A DNA stretch of 64,000 nt from a bacterium (GCA_963674965.2 CAXXFL010000006.1:192001-256000), one strand, 5' to 3'; positions 28,768 to 39,087 are shown, counted from the first letter of the stretch. Numbers and translations: made by a program. The notes: generated by a model from the letters alone, not told the origin.

Positions 28768-29823
28768 TCAATCTCCGAAGTGGATTTTAACGGGGGCGCG
28801 GGCGAACAGGGTCGTGCCCACCGACTCGTGGGCGGCGACGGTCAACTCTCCTCCCATGGTCGTGGTCAGCCTCCTGGCCAGGGCCACGCGGAGCACCCTC
28901 TGCTTGTCCTTCTCCGAGGTCGCCCCCAGCGCGTCCTGAAGAGAAAACTCGCTTCCCACCATCTCGAGCTCGGGCGAGACCACGCCCGTGCCGGTAATGG
29001 CGTAGCCCAGGGTTGCGGACCCGTCCCCCATCATCATCAGGTCGGCCGAGATGACCACGTTCTCTCCCTTTTGCGTCCTCCTGATCATGAAGTCCACCAG
29101 GATGGCAAGAACGCGGTTTAAAAGGGCCGGGTCTCCCACCACCTGGGGAAGATCGCGACAGGCGGCCTCCTCGAGGTAGACCCCTCTTTCCTCGGCGATG
29201 GGACGGAAGGATTTCCGCGCCAGAGCGAGCAGGCGGTTGGGATGGAAGGGCACCGACTCGGAGCGGAACTCACCGAACAAAAGCTCGCCAAAGTCCCTCA
29301 TCCGGTAGAAACCCTCCTCGAACTGGCCGAGCAATTCCCCGAAGCTGGCGTCCACGTATTCGGTCCTGTGGTCGGGCCGGGCCACGATCGAGTTCATCTC
29401 CAGCATGGGATACTCGAAGTTGGTAAGCATGGACCTGAACAGCTCGAGGTTTTTCCGCTTCTGGTTGAGCTCGGAGGTCGCGTCCCATAAGGTCAGCACC
29501 GCCCCGGCCGCCCTGCCCTCCAGGGTGATGATCCCCATGCTGGCTCTGAACCTGAACCTGTCGTTGCTCAGCCAGAACCGCCTGGGCGCTCCTCCCGGAG
29601 TGATGGCGGCCAATTGATCGCTTATGGGCTCCCACATCCAGGCGGGGAGTATCTCGGAAACGTGTCTTCCCAGGTCGAGGCCGGCGTTGGAGTCGAACCT
29701 TTTGATAAAGGCGGGGTTCATGTAGGCGGCCACGCCCTTGGCGCTAAGGACTATAACGGGGTCCTCCATGAACGAAAGCAGGGTCCTCTCCGGTCCTTTT
29801 TGAATCTCGTCAAACTCCTTCAT
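28768..29823 (-). CDS. PAS-domain protein with a degenerate histidine kinase core (pseudokinase)
   Basis: PAS (DPVIVLSAKGVAAYMNPAF); H-box position reads SMLTNFEYPM (no His); VVGDPALLNRVLAILVDF (no N-box Asn); ITGTG; MGGELTV...GTTLF. Confidence 0.75.
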   Translation of the reverse strand: MKEFDEIQKGPERTLLSFMEDPVIVLSAKGVAAYMNPAFIKRFDSNAGLDLGRHVSEILPAWMWEPISDQLAAITPGGAPRRFWLSNDRFRFRASMGIITLEGRAAGAVLTLWDATSELNQKRKNLELFRSMLTNFEYPMLEMNSIVARPDHRTEYVDASFGELLGQFEEGFYRMRDFGELLFGEFRSESVPFHPNRLLALARKSFRPIAEERGVYLEEAACRDLPQVVGDPALLNRVLAILVDFMIRRTQKGENVVISADLMMMGDGSATLGYAITGTGVVSPELEMVGSEFSLQDALGATSEKDKQRVLRVALARRLTTTMGGELTVAAHESVGTTLFARAPVKIHFGD

Positions 29824-30461
29824 GGTTTTTTTACCGATCTCGAATCCAGCAGTTCCTCCGACAAAAGCCGGTACAGTATCCTGAAAGTCATGAACCGGGG
29901 AAGCGGGCTAAGGGCGGCCAGGTCCTCCACCGTCGTCTCCCCCGTGATGAGCGAGAGCACGAAGCCCTCCTCCTGGGTGAAGTCCATGGTGCCGATGAGC
30001 TTGGTCAGAGGCACCTTGAGACGGGGCGTGGCCTTCCTGCCCCCGCAGGCCTCGATCACGTGCCGAAGCAGACCCGCCCGGCAAAGCTCGACGTGGGCCC
30101 AGTAGTAGGGTTGGGAAGGATCGAGTTTATGGGCGGCCTCGAAGGACTGGATGGCCTCGAGCCAGTCGCCCCGGTGCAAGCTCTTGTAACCCTTGACGAA
30201 CTGTTTGTTGAAACCCGATTTTACGCTGGTGGTCGTTTCCTCCTCGACCACCTCGGCCAACTCGATGGGCTCCGAGCGATCGGAAAGGGAGGACTCGGCC
30301 TTTCTGCCCGTCTCTATCTCGATATATTCGCGGGCCGTCTCGTTGGAAGGGTCGTACCGGAGGACCTCGCGCCAGCGCTCGAGCGCCTTTTGCGTGTCGC
30401 CTATGCCGTAATGATAAAGGCCCCTTTCAAGAAGTCTCTGGATGTCCTTGGCGCCGCTCAT
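29820..30461 (-). CDS. TPR-containing hypothetical protein with a winged-helix-like C-terminus
   Basis: Two TPR-like segments (ERGLYHYGIGDTQKALERWREVLRYDPSN; EAIQSFEAAHKLDPSQ); EEGFVLSLITGETTVEDL; ATGA overlap with the downstream gene. Confidence 0.75.
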   Translation of the reverse strand: MSGAKDIQRLLERGLYHYGIGDTQKALERWREVLRYDPSNETAREYIEIETGRKAESSLSDRSEPIELAEVVEEETTTSVKSGFNKQFVKGYKSLHRGDWLEAIQSFEAAHKLDPSQPYYWAHVELCRAGLLRHVIEACGGRKATPRLKVPLTKLIGTMDFTQEEGFVLSLITGETTVEDLAALSPLPRFMTFRILYRLLSEELLDSRSVKKP

Positions 30462-30516
30462 GTAATGCCTCTATCAAGCCGCCCGCTTTCTCGCCTGGGC
30501 GGATTAAACCACGCGC

Positions 30517-31485
30517 TCAGCCGGCGATCCCTCTGCTCTGCCGGTACTCGGGGATGCTCAGCATGGGCGGTCTCTCGCGAAGCTGCACCGGAGTGTTCTC
30601 CAGCCTGTAGAGGGCGGGATCGCAGATAAGCTTATAATAGTCCGCGCTCAGGTCCCCGTCGAATTTAGCTATTTCAAGGCTTTCGAGACGGGAGAAGAAA
30701 GCGTGGATGATCTCGAAGCCCATCTTGCCCAGGGCCGTGGTGGACTGATTGCGGTGAATCCTTTTATCCAGGTTCACCTGGGCGATGACGTCCGAGCCCA
30801 GCCGGGAGGATATGTCGATCAACATGCCCGTCTCGATGCCGTATCCCGTGGGAAAGGGGAGAGACTCGAGGAGGTCGCGCCGGCCCGCGCATTCGCCGCT
30901 GCAGGGCTGGTAAAGCGTGGCCAGGTCGGGGAAAAAAGCGCTGAAAAGGGGGCGGACCAATATCTCCGTTACCCTGCCGCCGCCGTGCTCGTCCTCCTCT
31001 CCCGGCCGGAAAAGGGGGCGGTCGTAAAAGGCCTTGACGAACTGGATCTCCGGATAATACAAAAGAGGACCGACCAGGCCGTAAACGAACTTGGGATGGA
31101 TGTTCTTGATGTCCGCGTCAACCCAGACGATGAGGTCGCCCTTTAAAAGGAAAAGGCTTTTCCAGAGGTTGTCGCCCTTGCCCGGCATCCGGCCCAGATG
31201 AGGAAGGCAATCCTCGGCCAGATACACGTCGGCCCCCGCCCGCTCGGCCTCGAGGGCCGTCCGGTCGCTCGAACCGCCGTCGATGACCGCGATCTCGTCC
31301 ACCAGCCCGTACCTGGTCTGGAGTCCTTCCTTGACCGCCCTGATCTCGGCCCCGATGGTCGATTGCTCGTTCAAAGTGGGAAAAGCCACGCTGACGGTTA
31401 AACCCTGGGCCTCTTTCTCCCGCGTCAGGGCCGCGATATCGGAGAAGGCCGTGTGATGGAAAGTCGCTATTTCCGTTCGGGACAT
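30517..31485 (-). CDS. gpgS: Glucosyl-3-phosphoglycerate synthase
   Basis: PTLNEQSTIG, GKGDNLWKSL, VWVDAD, FVKAFYDRP, GGGRVTEILVRPL, GYGIETGMLID, RIHRNQ. Confidence 0.88.
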   Translation of the reverse strand: MSRTEIATFHHTAFSDIAALTREKEAQGLTVSVAFPTLNEQSTIGAEIRAVKEGLQTRYGLVDEIAVIDGGSSDRTALEAERAGADVYLAEDCLPHLGRMPGKGDNLWKSLFLLKGDLIVWVDADIKNIHPKFVYGLVGPLLYYPEIQFVKAFYDRPLFRPGEEDEHGGGRVTEILVRPLFSAFFPDLATLYQPCSGECAGRRDLLESLPFPTGYGIETGMLIDISSRLGSDVIAQVNLDKRIHRNQSTTALGKMGFEIIHAFFSRLESLEIAKFDGDLSADYYKLICDPALYRLENTPVQLRERPPMLSIPEYRQSRGIAG

Positions 31486-31740
31486 TTTTATATACTCATA
31501 TTTACGGGGGAATACCCGGAAAACAACGAATACAGAATATACAATTTAACCCGAACCCGAGAGTAAAGTCAAGTAAAGGAGGCGGAAAGGTAATCCTTTG
31601 AAACGCCCGAAAAAGCTTGCACAAGAAGCCTGTCGGAGTATTAGCTCCGCGCTTTGATCCGTAATGATCGATCACTGACGTTCCGGCTCGCCAACTTTGA
31701 TTTTTTATTGTTGGCGGCATGATCGCGAAATCGATCGAAA

Positions 31741-32814
31741 TCAATTTGCCTTGTACTCGGGCACGGCCTCGAGGCCTCCCTTGTAGACCTCCCAGCTCGT
31801 CTTAAGGCTGGTCTCCTCGCCCGGTTTCAGGGTGACCTTGGGTCCGAGTATCTCCATTTCCATCAGTCGGCCGGAGGGGTCGTCCTCGGCGTACCTTCTT
31901 TCGTTTTTATGCACGAACTCCCCTTTTCCCGCCACCCACATCTCGAAGTTTCCCCGGTCGGGGTAGACGGCCTTGGGGTCGTAAGGAAAACGCTGCACGT
32001 AGGTATAGCCGGACTGGGGGTCCACCATGGCGGCCCAGCCGGCGGACACGTCCATGACGCCCTTGCCCACGAAGTTCATGTAGCGAACGATCAGAAGCTC
32101 GCGCTCGTAGTCGGGCTGCCAGTTGAAGCTCGAGGCCAGCCCGAACATGACGTGGTATTTTTCCGGCCATATGCTGGTGGGGTTCATGGGCACGGCCAGG
32201 TAGGCTTTTTCGCTCCAGTCGTTCTCGCCCACTTTTTGGGACTTGTCGCTGAAATCCATTTGAGTGACCGACCATATGCCCCAACTGACCTCCCGGTCGG
32301 ACACGTTTTTCATGAACGACTCGAGCTCGAGCCGGTTTGATCCGTCCCTCAAGGTGATGACGCGGCTTAACTGGACGCCGGCGTAGCCGCCCGAGTCTCC
32401 TCCTACGAGCTTGATGGATACCTCCGGGCCCTCCTTTTTCAGTATCTCGTACTTGTGGGGCGCGGTGATGGCCGAGTCGCCGGGGCCGGGCCACAGGTCG
32501 GGTCCGCTCCATCCCTGGGGCGCGGGCCAGAGCTTGTCGCCGCCGTAGTTTTTCCATCTTTCCATACAGTCGTTTTCCTCGGGGGCAAAGACCTTGCCCG
32601 CCAGGGACCGGTTGACCCAAAGCCACTCGTTGCCGTCAACCTTATACTGGATTATCCTGCCGTTAAGCTGGGGGGCCACCAATACCTCGGTGGTCTCGTT
32701 TTTAAGGAGAACGCACTTCCAGCCGTTATACTCGACGTCCTCCTCGATAACCGCGGCCATGGCCGCCAGGGGCAGCAAACCGATCATAACCATAAGCAAA
32801 AAGGCAAATTTCAT
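31741..32814 (-). CDS. Secreted protein, possibly DUF4380/galactose-mutarotase-like beta-sandwich
   Basis: N-terminal signal peptide; PQLNGRIIQY, WKNYGGDKLWPAPQ, EMEILGP...LKPGE. Confidence 0.6.
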   Translation of the reverse strand: MKFAFLLMVMIGLLPLAAMAAVIEEDVEYNGWKCVLLKNETTEVLVAPQLNGRIIQYKVDGNEWLWVNRSLAGKVFAPEENDCMERWKNYGGDKLWPAPQGWSGPDLWPGPGDSAITAPHKYEILKKEGPEVSIKLVGGDSGGYAGVQLSRVITLRDGSNRLELESFMKNVSDREVSWGIWSVTQMDFSDKSQKVGENDWSEKAYLAVPMNPTSIWPEKYHVMFGLASSFNWQPDYERELLIVRYMNFVGKGVMDVSAGWAAMVDPQSGYTYVQRFPYDPKAVYPDRGNFEMWVAGKGEFVHKNERRYAEDDPSGRLMEMEILGPKVTLKPGEETSLKTSWEVYKGGLEAVPEYKAN

Positions 32815-32961
32815 TAAACTCCTCCACGCCGTATTCTATGGATAAATATGTACCAGACAACGGGTTATTGCAAGTTCGTTTCCGCTCCAAAACAGGGCGC
32901 TCCGGAAAACGCCCCGAGACTGGCGGCTGCCGGTTCGGGCAAAGACGGGAAGGCTCGGAGC

Positions 32962-35900
32962 TTAATCTCCATCCCCCGCGTCTTCATCCAGTATTTCCCT
33001 TATCTTGGCCGTGAGCGCTTGTACGGTGAAGGGTTTCTGGACGAAATGGATACCCTCATCGAGCACGCCGCGATGGGCGATGACGTTATCCGTATAACCC
33101 GACATGTAAATAACCTTGATATCTTTATATTTTTTAATGATTTCACCATGCAGCTCCCTGCCGTTCATCCCCGGCATGACGACGTCGGTCAATAGGAGGT
33201 GGATTTGTCCGGAGTGGCCGGCCGCGATCCGAAGGGCCTCATGGCCGTCTCTGGCCGCGATAACCTGATAGCCGTGACGCTCGAGAACGGCCGCGGCCAC
33301 CGCGCGGGCTTCCTCATGGTCTTCAGCCAGTAGTATGGTCTCCGAGCCGGAAAGGCCGCTAGATTTCTTTCTCTTCGCCCCCTCCTCAACGGGCGCGTCG
33401 TCGCGGGCGGGCAGGTAGACCTTGAAGACCGAGCCCTTGCCAGGCTCGCTGTACACCAGGATGTTTCCACCGTGCTGTTTCACGATGCCGAACACGGTGG
33501 CCAGGCCCAGGCCCGTTCCTCCCTCTCCCTTGGTGGTGAAGAAAGGCTCGAAGACCTTGTCCAGGGTATCTTTGTCCATGCCCTGGCCCGTGTCGCCCAC
33601 CGCCAGCATGAAATAGGGGCCCGGTTTCACGTCCGGCCGCGAGGCGGCGTACTCTTCGTCGAGTTCCGTCATGGCGGTCTCAATGGTAAGCTTGCCGCCC
33701 TCGGGCATGACCTCGGCCGCGTTCACCGCCAGGTTCATGATGACCTGCTCGATGAGGCCCACGTCCGCCATGACCGCCCTTGCCTCGGGAGACAGGGCGA
33801 TAACAATCTCGACGTCCTCCGGGATGGTACGCCGGAGCAGTTTCTCGAAGTCCAGGACGATCTTGTTAACGTCCACCGGCTTCATCTCCAGCGTCTGCTT
33901 CCGGCTGAAAGAAAGGAGTTGGCCCACCAGGTCACGGGCGCGAAGCCCGGCCTCGAGCATGTCCTCCAGGGACTCCCGCGCCTCTTCATTGAGGCTCGAA
34001 TCTTCCAGCAAAAGCTCGCCGTAACCGATAATGGGGGAAAGAAGGTTGTTAAGGTCATGAGCCACCCCGCCGGCCAGTCGGCCCACCGCCTCCATCTTGC
34101 GGGTCTGAACGAGTTGATCCATAAGTTGCTCCCGCTCGGCCAGCGCTCTTTTTTGCTCGGTAACGTTCAGGTAAGTGCCGCACACGCGGAGGGGGGAACC
34201 GTCGGCGCCCCGCTCGATGACTCGCCCTTTTATCAACACCCAGACGTAATGGCCCTCGCGGTGCATGAATCGGCTCTCGATCTCGATGGAATCGGATTGG
34301 CCCTCAAGATGATCCATTACGTTTTTTCTTAATTCGGGCAAGTCCTCGGGATGGGCCAGCCCACTCCAATCCTTCACGCTTAATTTCAGCCCGTCCGCCT
34401 CGCGCCCGAATATCCTCGTCCAATTCTCGTTGAAAGAAACCGTCTCGGACTTGACGTCCCAGTCCCAGGTGGCCAGGTCCGCGCCCGCCACCGCCAGTTC
34501 CGCCCGGTCGCGGGCCTCGACGAGCTCCCGCGCCCGCTCGTCCACCATCTCCTCGAGTTGCCCGCGCTTTCTCTGGGTGGACCAGCCCAGGGCGGCCAGT
34601 GACAAGGTGATCGTCATTCCCGCCAGTCCCACCAGCCACCAACTCTTGGCCGGATACAGGCCGATAAAGTCTTTCCCCTCCCGGGCCGTGATGATAAAGC
34701 ACTCGCCGAAGACGAACACGGGCCGTCTCACGGGCCGGAGGTGCTCGGGGGCGCGTTCAAAGTCGGGGGAGGAGGCCAGGATTATGAAATCCCCCAGCGG
34801 CCGCCCAAGAGATATCATCATCGGCGCCGCTCTATCGGGACCCGAGGTTGACAGGAGGTTTTCGGCCGGAATCTCGGCGGCCGCGAACCCCCGCGGGTCA
34901 TGGGATTCATCGTGAGAGAAAACGGGCCGGAAGAAAAGCAGCGTCTCGATACCTTTTGTTTCTTCTTCCAGGCCGGGACTGGGGCCTCGAAATATCACCC
35001 CGGGCCTTTTTGCCGAGCTTAGTATCTCTCTCGATCCGGGGTCGAAGCCCAGATCGTAACCCAGCTTTTTTTCATTGTCCCCAAGGGGGGCCACCCTCAT
35101 AACCGGATAATAGACCTCGCGTCCCGAGGCTGGGGAGCGTTTCCCCTCCCCGCCGCTTTCCCATATTTCAAACCCCGCCATTCCCTCGGCCCGGCACTCG
35201 CTCTCGATTCTTTCCTTTTCCCGGTCCTCGATGGGCCTGATCCATTCCCAGGACTTGACCGCCCGGTTTTCCAGGAGATAGTCGGTATAGTCCCGGAACT
35301 CATGGGGACTGACGTACACGCTGGCCTCGAAGAACCGGGCCACGGCCTCGAGCTCCACGTCCTGAAGCGTTTCGAGGGTCTTGGCCGCGGCTTTTGTCTT
35401 GGCCTCGGCCAACTGCCGGAAGGCGTCGCCGCGCGCGTCCGCCTCTTTTTCATGAGCTATCCAGGCGGCTAGAACGGTCAGGAAAAGACCGACGACCGCC
35501 GCGAAAAAAGCGCTCTCCCAATGGCGGGGAGGGTATTTGACGCGCCGTGAAAATCGGACGATCAGTCCCGACCCTAAAGCCGTTATCAAGACCATGGCCA
35601 GCGCGAATAAAATGGGAGGCCACGCCGTCCCCAACAACCTCATCTTCCATTCATGGGCCGCCACGTCCATACCCAGCACGGCGGCCAATTCTCCCGTATC
35701 GGGATCGACGATCGGGACCATGGCGCTTACCCAGGTCCCCCATCGGTCCGCGGACGGACCCGAGGTCAAGGCGACTTTTTGATCGAATACCCGCCGATCC
35801 TCCTCCGTAATCTCGTCGTAGACCTGGCCGGCGGGCGACTCGTCCTTCGAGCCGACCGGCTCGCCGTCGACGAAAAAAAACACTTGGTTGTCGCCTCGTC

Positions 35901-36225
35901 TTCCCATCAGGTATATGAAACGGCAGTTCCGATAGGCGGCCTTGGCCGAGGCCAGTTGTCGTTTTAAGAGGAGGTAGTCCGGTGAGGTCAGGTCGGCCCG
36001 GGTCCCGGTGAGTGTGCCCACCAGGTCGTGGTCCACCGCCTGTGCCGCCATCCGGGCCCGATAAAGCAGATCATCCCGCATGTGCCGGTCATAATGCCCG
36101 GCCATCCACCACGCAAACCCCGCGCCCGCGATCAGGAAAAATACTATCGCGAGAAAAGCGCGAAGGCGCGTTCCCCCGGGCTGGTATGTCTCGTCCGTGT
36201 TCTTGCCGAAAGCGTCGCCTCTCAA
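32962..36225 (-). CDS. Membrane hybrid histidine kinase (Cache-like + CHASE + PAS + HisKA + HATPase + REC)
   Basis: Several TM segments; CHASE-like YYPVMRVAPLGDNEKKLGYDL; H-box KMEAVGRLAGGVAHDLNNLL; FEPFFTTK; C-terminal REC LLLTDVVMP. Confidence 0.92.
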   Translation of the reverse strand: MRGDAFGKNTDETYQPGGTRLRAFLAIVFFLIAGAGFAWWMAGHYDRHMRDDLLYRARMAAQAVDHDLVGTLTGTRADLTSPDYLLLKRQLASAKAAYRNCRFIYLMGRRGDNQVFFFVDGEPVGSKDESPAGQVYDEITEEDRRVFDQKVALTSGPSADRWGTWVSAMVPIVDPDTGELAAVLGMDVAAHEWKMRLLGTAWPPILFALAMVLITALGSGLIVRFSRRVKYPPRHWESAFFAAVVGLFLTVLAAWIAHEKEADARGDAFRQLAEAKTKAAAKTLETLQDVELEAVARFFEASVYVSPHEFRDYTDYLLENRAVKSWEWIRPIEDREKERIESECRAEGMAGFEIWESGGEGKRSPASGREVYYPVMRVAPLGDNEKKLGYDLGFDPGSREILSSAKRPGVIFRGPSPGLEEETKGIETLLFFRPVFSHDESHDPRGFAAAEIPAENLLSTSGPDRAAPMMISLGRPLGDFIILASSPDFERAPEHLRPVRRPVFVFGECFIITAREGKDFIGLYPAKSWWLVGLAGMTITLSLAALGWSTQRKRGQLEEMVDERARELVEARDRAELAVAGADLATWDWDVKSETVSFNENWTRIFGREADGLKLSVKDWSGLAHPEDLPELRKNVMDHLEGQSDSIEIESRFMHREGHYVWVLIKGRVIERGADGSPLRVCGTYLNVTEQKRALAEREQLMDQLVQTRKMEAVGRLAGGVAHDLNNLLSPIIGYGELLLEDSSLNEEARESLEDMLEAGLRARDLVGQLLSFSRKQTLEMKPVDVNKIVLDFEKLLRRTIPEDVEIVIALSPEARAVMADVGLIEQVIMNLAVNAAEVMPEGGKLTIETAMTELDEEYAASRPDVKPGPYFMLAVGDTGQGMDKDTLDKVFEPFFTTKGEGGTGLGLATVFGIVKQHGGNILVYSEPGKGSVFKVYLPARDDAPVEEGAKRKKSSGLSGSETILLAEDHEEARAVAAAVLERHGYQVIAARDGHEALRIAAGHSGQIHLLLTDVVMPGMNGRELHGEIIKKYKDIKVIYMSGYTDNVIAHRGVLDEGIHFVQKPFTVQALTAKIREILDEDAGDGD

Positions 36226-36481
36226 ATCTTCACTTGGTTATGAAAAATTCACCTCAAAATTACAGGAGGCTCAAGTGAAACATATATACCACGTCAGCTT
36301 ACATTATCCCAAGCGGGTTTGCAGAAAAAAATACCAGCCCGCCGCGAGGAGGTCAAGGCGTTTATTGGAAGCGGGCAAGTCAAGGCGGGTGTGGAGAAAC
36401 CGGACTTTGATTAAGAATTTGCCGGTCAGTAAAACCCCTGAACACAAAAAAGGCGATGAAAAAGGACGGTCTCCTACCTCC

Positions 36482-37948
36482 TTACTTTGCGGCGTTCATC
36501 ATCATCCGGATGTAGAAGTTGACCGTTTCCCCGTAGTTGTCCGCGGCTATCCTCTCGTTGGTCCCGTGGATTCTTTTCAGGTCCTCCCCGGTGAGGCGGG
36601 AGGGAAGATACCGGAGCACGTTGTCGCAAATGGGACAATAGTGCCTGGCGTCGGTGGCGGCCATGACCAGGTAAGGGGCCACGATGGTCTCGGGAAAAAC
36701 CTCCTTGATGGTCACCGCCAGTTTCTCGAAGGCCGGCGAGTTGACGTCGGACATGGCCGAGGCCTCGCTCGGCGGGTGGTCGCCCATCGTGACCTTGACC
36801 CTCGGGTCGCCGATCACCTTGTTGACCCTGTCCATGACGTAGTCGATACGGTCGCCGGGAAGCAGCCTGAAGTTGACCACCGCCTCCGCCTTGGGGGGAA
36901 GAACGTTCTCCTTCTCCCCCGCGTGGATGATGGTGACCGCCGTGGTGGTGTGAAGGCTGGCGTCGGTCGCCTTCGAGGCCGAAAGCTGACTCACGATCAG
37001 GGGCTTGAACAGCCAGCGGTTGGCCATGACCATCTTCATGCCGTAGGGCATTTCTGGTCCCACGAAGTCTAAAAGGAGCATGGAATGGTCAGCCCTTTTA
37101 GGGAAGGGGTTTTCCTCGAGCTTGGTGATGGCCGCGGCCAGTATGCCGATGGCCGTCTGGCGCGGCGGCATCGAGGAGTGGCCGCCCTCGGCCTCGACGC
37201 TGAGCCTCACGGTCATGTATCCTTTTTCCGCCACGCCGATGAGGGACACGGGCGACTTGACGCCGGGCACCATGCCCTCGGTGATGGCCCCCGACTCATC
37301 GAGCGCCATGAAGGCCCTGACGCCCCTTTTCTGGAGGAGCTTCACTATCTCGGCCGCCCCGGCCCTCCCTCCTATTTCCTCGTCGTGGCCAAAGGCGAGA
37401 TAGAAGTCTCGCTCGGGCCTGAATCCCCGCGAGAGCAGCCACTCGGCCGCCTCCATTATGCCCATGAGGCTGCCCTTGTCGTCCAGGGTCCCCCGGCCCC
37501 AGATATAGCCGTCGGCTATGACGCCGGAGAAGGGCGGCTGGGTCCAGTCCTTCTCCGTGCCCGAGGCGATGGGCACCACGTCCTGGTGGGCCATGAAGAT
37601 TACGGGCTCGAGCCCCGGGTCCTTGCCCTTCCATTTGTAAAGCAGGCTGTGGCCGCCTACTATCTCGCGCTCGAGCGAGGCGTGGACCAGGGGAAAGCTC
37701 TCGATCAGGTATTGCCGGAAAGCCTCGAACTCTTTGAAGTCGACCCTGGCCGCGTCTTGGTAGGAAATGGTCTTGAAACGCACCGCCCCCCCGAGTCGCT
37801 CGGCCGCCGCGTCCGTGCCCTTAAAGACGCGCGCCGCGGGCTCGGGTGAAAGCTGCCTCGAGGAAAAGACGCTCGTCTTGATAAAAACGACCGCCGCAAG
37901 GACGGCGACAAAACCCGATAAAAATATGGCGAGCTTCTTTTTCATCAT
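36482..37948 (-). CDS. M20-family metallopeptidase/amidohydrolase (PM20D1/CPS1-like)
   Basis: N-terminal membrane anchor; MAHQDVVP, WGRGTLDDKG, GHDEEIGG, GGHSSMPP, ATDARHY, IHGTNERI. Confidence 0.92.
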   Translation of the reverse strand: MMKKKLAIFLSGFVAVLAAVVFIKTSVFSSRQLSPEPAARVFKGTDAAAERLGGAVRFKTISYQDAARVDFKEFEAFRQYLIESFPLVHASLEREIVGGHSLLYKWKGKDPGLEPVIFMAHQDVVPIASGTEKDWTQPPFSGVIADGYIWGRGTLDDKGSLMGIMEAAEWLLSRGFRPERDFYLAFGHDEEIGGRAGAAEIVKLLQKRGVRAFMALDESGAITEGMVPGVKSPVSLIGVAEKGYMTVRLSVEAEGGHSSMPPRQTAIGILAAAITKLEENPFPKRADHSMLLLDFVGPEMPYGMKMVMANRWLFKPLIVSQLSASKATDASLHTTTAVTIIHAGEKENVLPPKAEAVVNFRLLPGDRIDYVMDRVNKVIGDPRVKVTMGDHPPSEASAMSDVNSPAFEKLAVTIKEVFPETIVAPYLVMAATDARHYCPICDNVLRYLPSRLTGEDLKRIHGTNERIAADNYGETVNFYIRMMMNAAK

Positions 37949-38178
37949 GTCCTCCAGTCCATGGGCCGCCCGGCCCGCGCGTGGAACAAGGGCGGCGGCG
38001 TTCTCCAGTATAACCCGATCGGGGCAAAATCACGCAATCCATATTTAGCCGTCTCCATTTAAATATGCGTGGCGTTATTATGCCGGCCTTTTTTTCGGGT
38101 CATTTGGATATTATAAAGATAGGGAAGAGATTCGGAAAGGAAGAGATTCTGTTAACAAGTCATCAAGAGCGCGACCAT

Positions 38179-38262
38179 CCCCCCGCAGGGGGGTACCTTG
38201 AATAGCCGTAGGCTGGAAGCCTACGGAAAGCTTCCCGAAGAAAAGCGCCCCTGAAGGGGGCG
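38179..38262 (+). repeat. REP/REPIN-like three-hairpin element, left of the Y1 transposase
   Basis: CCCCCC-GCA-GGGGGG; TGAATAG then CCGTAGGCT-GGA-AGCCTACGG; CGCCCCT-GAA-GGGGGCG. Confidence 0.8.
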
Positions 38263-38360
38263 AGCAATGTAATAGCCATGAGGTAGTCCAGTATATCCAG
38301 TCATTAAGGAACCCTGTTCTTTATTTTATAGAATTGGCCGTAAACGCCGCGTCTACGTCT

Positions 38361-38807
38361 CTACGGAAAATATTTCTCTTCAATTTCGACTCCAGCTTCC
38401 TCAAGCATCCTTCTGAGTTCCTCCTGGAATGAAATCTTCTTGTGATGTTCTTCCTGCTTCTTTATATAATCGATAATGGCGTTTTTTTCATTGATCGAAT
38501 GGGTAAACCCTCCATAATTGTCCTGCCAGCCATCGAAACCGGGGAAAAGGCTTTTATCCTTAATGTATCTCGATGACGAAGACTTTATTTCTCTGACCAA
38601 GTCGGCAAGGGCGACCGTGGGATGAAGACTCGTGAAAATATGGACATGGTCGTCAGCGGCGTTTATGCGGTACAGGTGGCATTTGTTGTTCTTCAGTATG
38701 CCCCAGATATAGCGGAAAAGAACCTCTCGGTTCGGAGCGGCAAGCACCGGGCGACGGTTCTTCGTTGAAAAAATAATATGGTAGTATATTTGCGTGTAGG
38801 TAGTCAT
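38361..38807 (-). mobile_element. tnpA: IS200/IS605-family Y1 (HUH) transposase, RAYT-like
   Basis: YHIIFSTKNR, HUH motif DHVHIF, IKSSSS, WQDNYGGF, YIKKQEEHH; AT-rich; no tnpB; flanked by inverted hairpin elements. Confidence 0.9.
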
Positions 38808-38959
38808 CGTAATGTTGCCCCTTTATTTTAGTTGCCGCCAAGGGATTATTCAAGAACAAGGCGAGCCAATTTGAACGACCGCGGGCGCGGACAATTAGGC
38901 TAAGCACAATATTGGTTAAAAAGTGGAGCGCAAAGAAGATCATTCAACCAATTTTTGTC

Positions 38960-39044
38960 CGACCCCTTCGGGGCCGGCAAATGTAGCGAATTGTTATCCG
39001 TAGGTCGATGACCTACGGCTATTCACGTTATCCCCCTTCGGGGG
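38960..39044 (-). repeat. REP/REPIN-like three-hairpin element, right of the Y1 transposase (inverted relative to the left copy)
   Basis: Minus strand: CCCCC-GAA-GGGGG; TGAATAG then CCGTAGGTC-ATC-GACCTACGG; CCCC-GAA-GGGG. Confidence 0.8.
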
Positions 39045-39087
39045 CAATAATGACGCGATGACTCGACAAAAAGAAGCGGTCAGAGTA

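Noticed and set aside
36197-37072. 291-aa plus-strand ORF
   Set aside because: Mostly antisense to the M20 peptidase; no coherent domain
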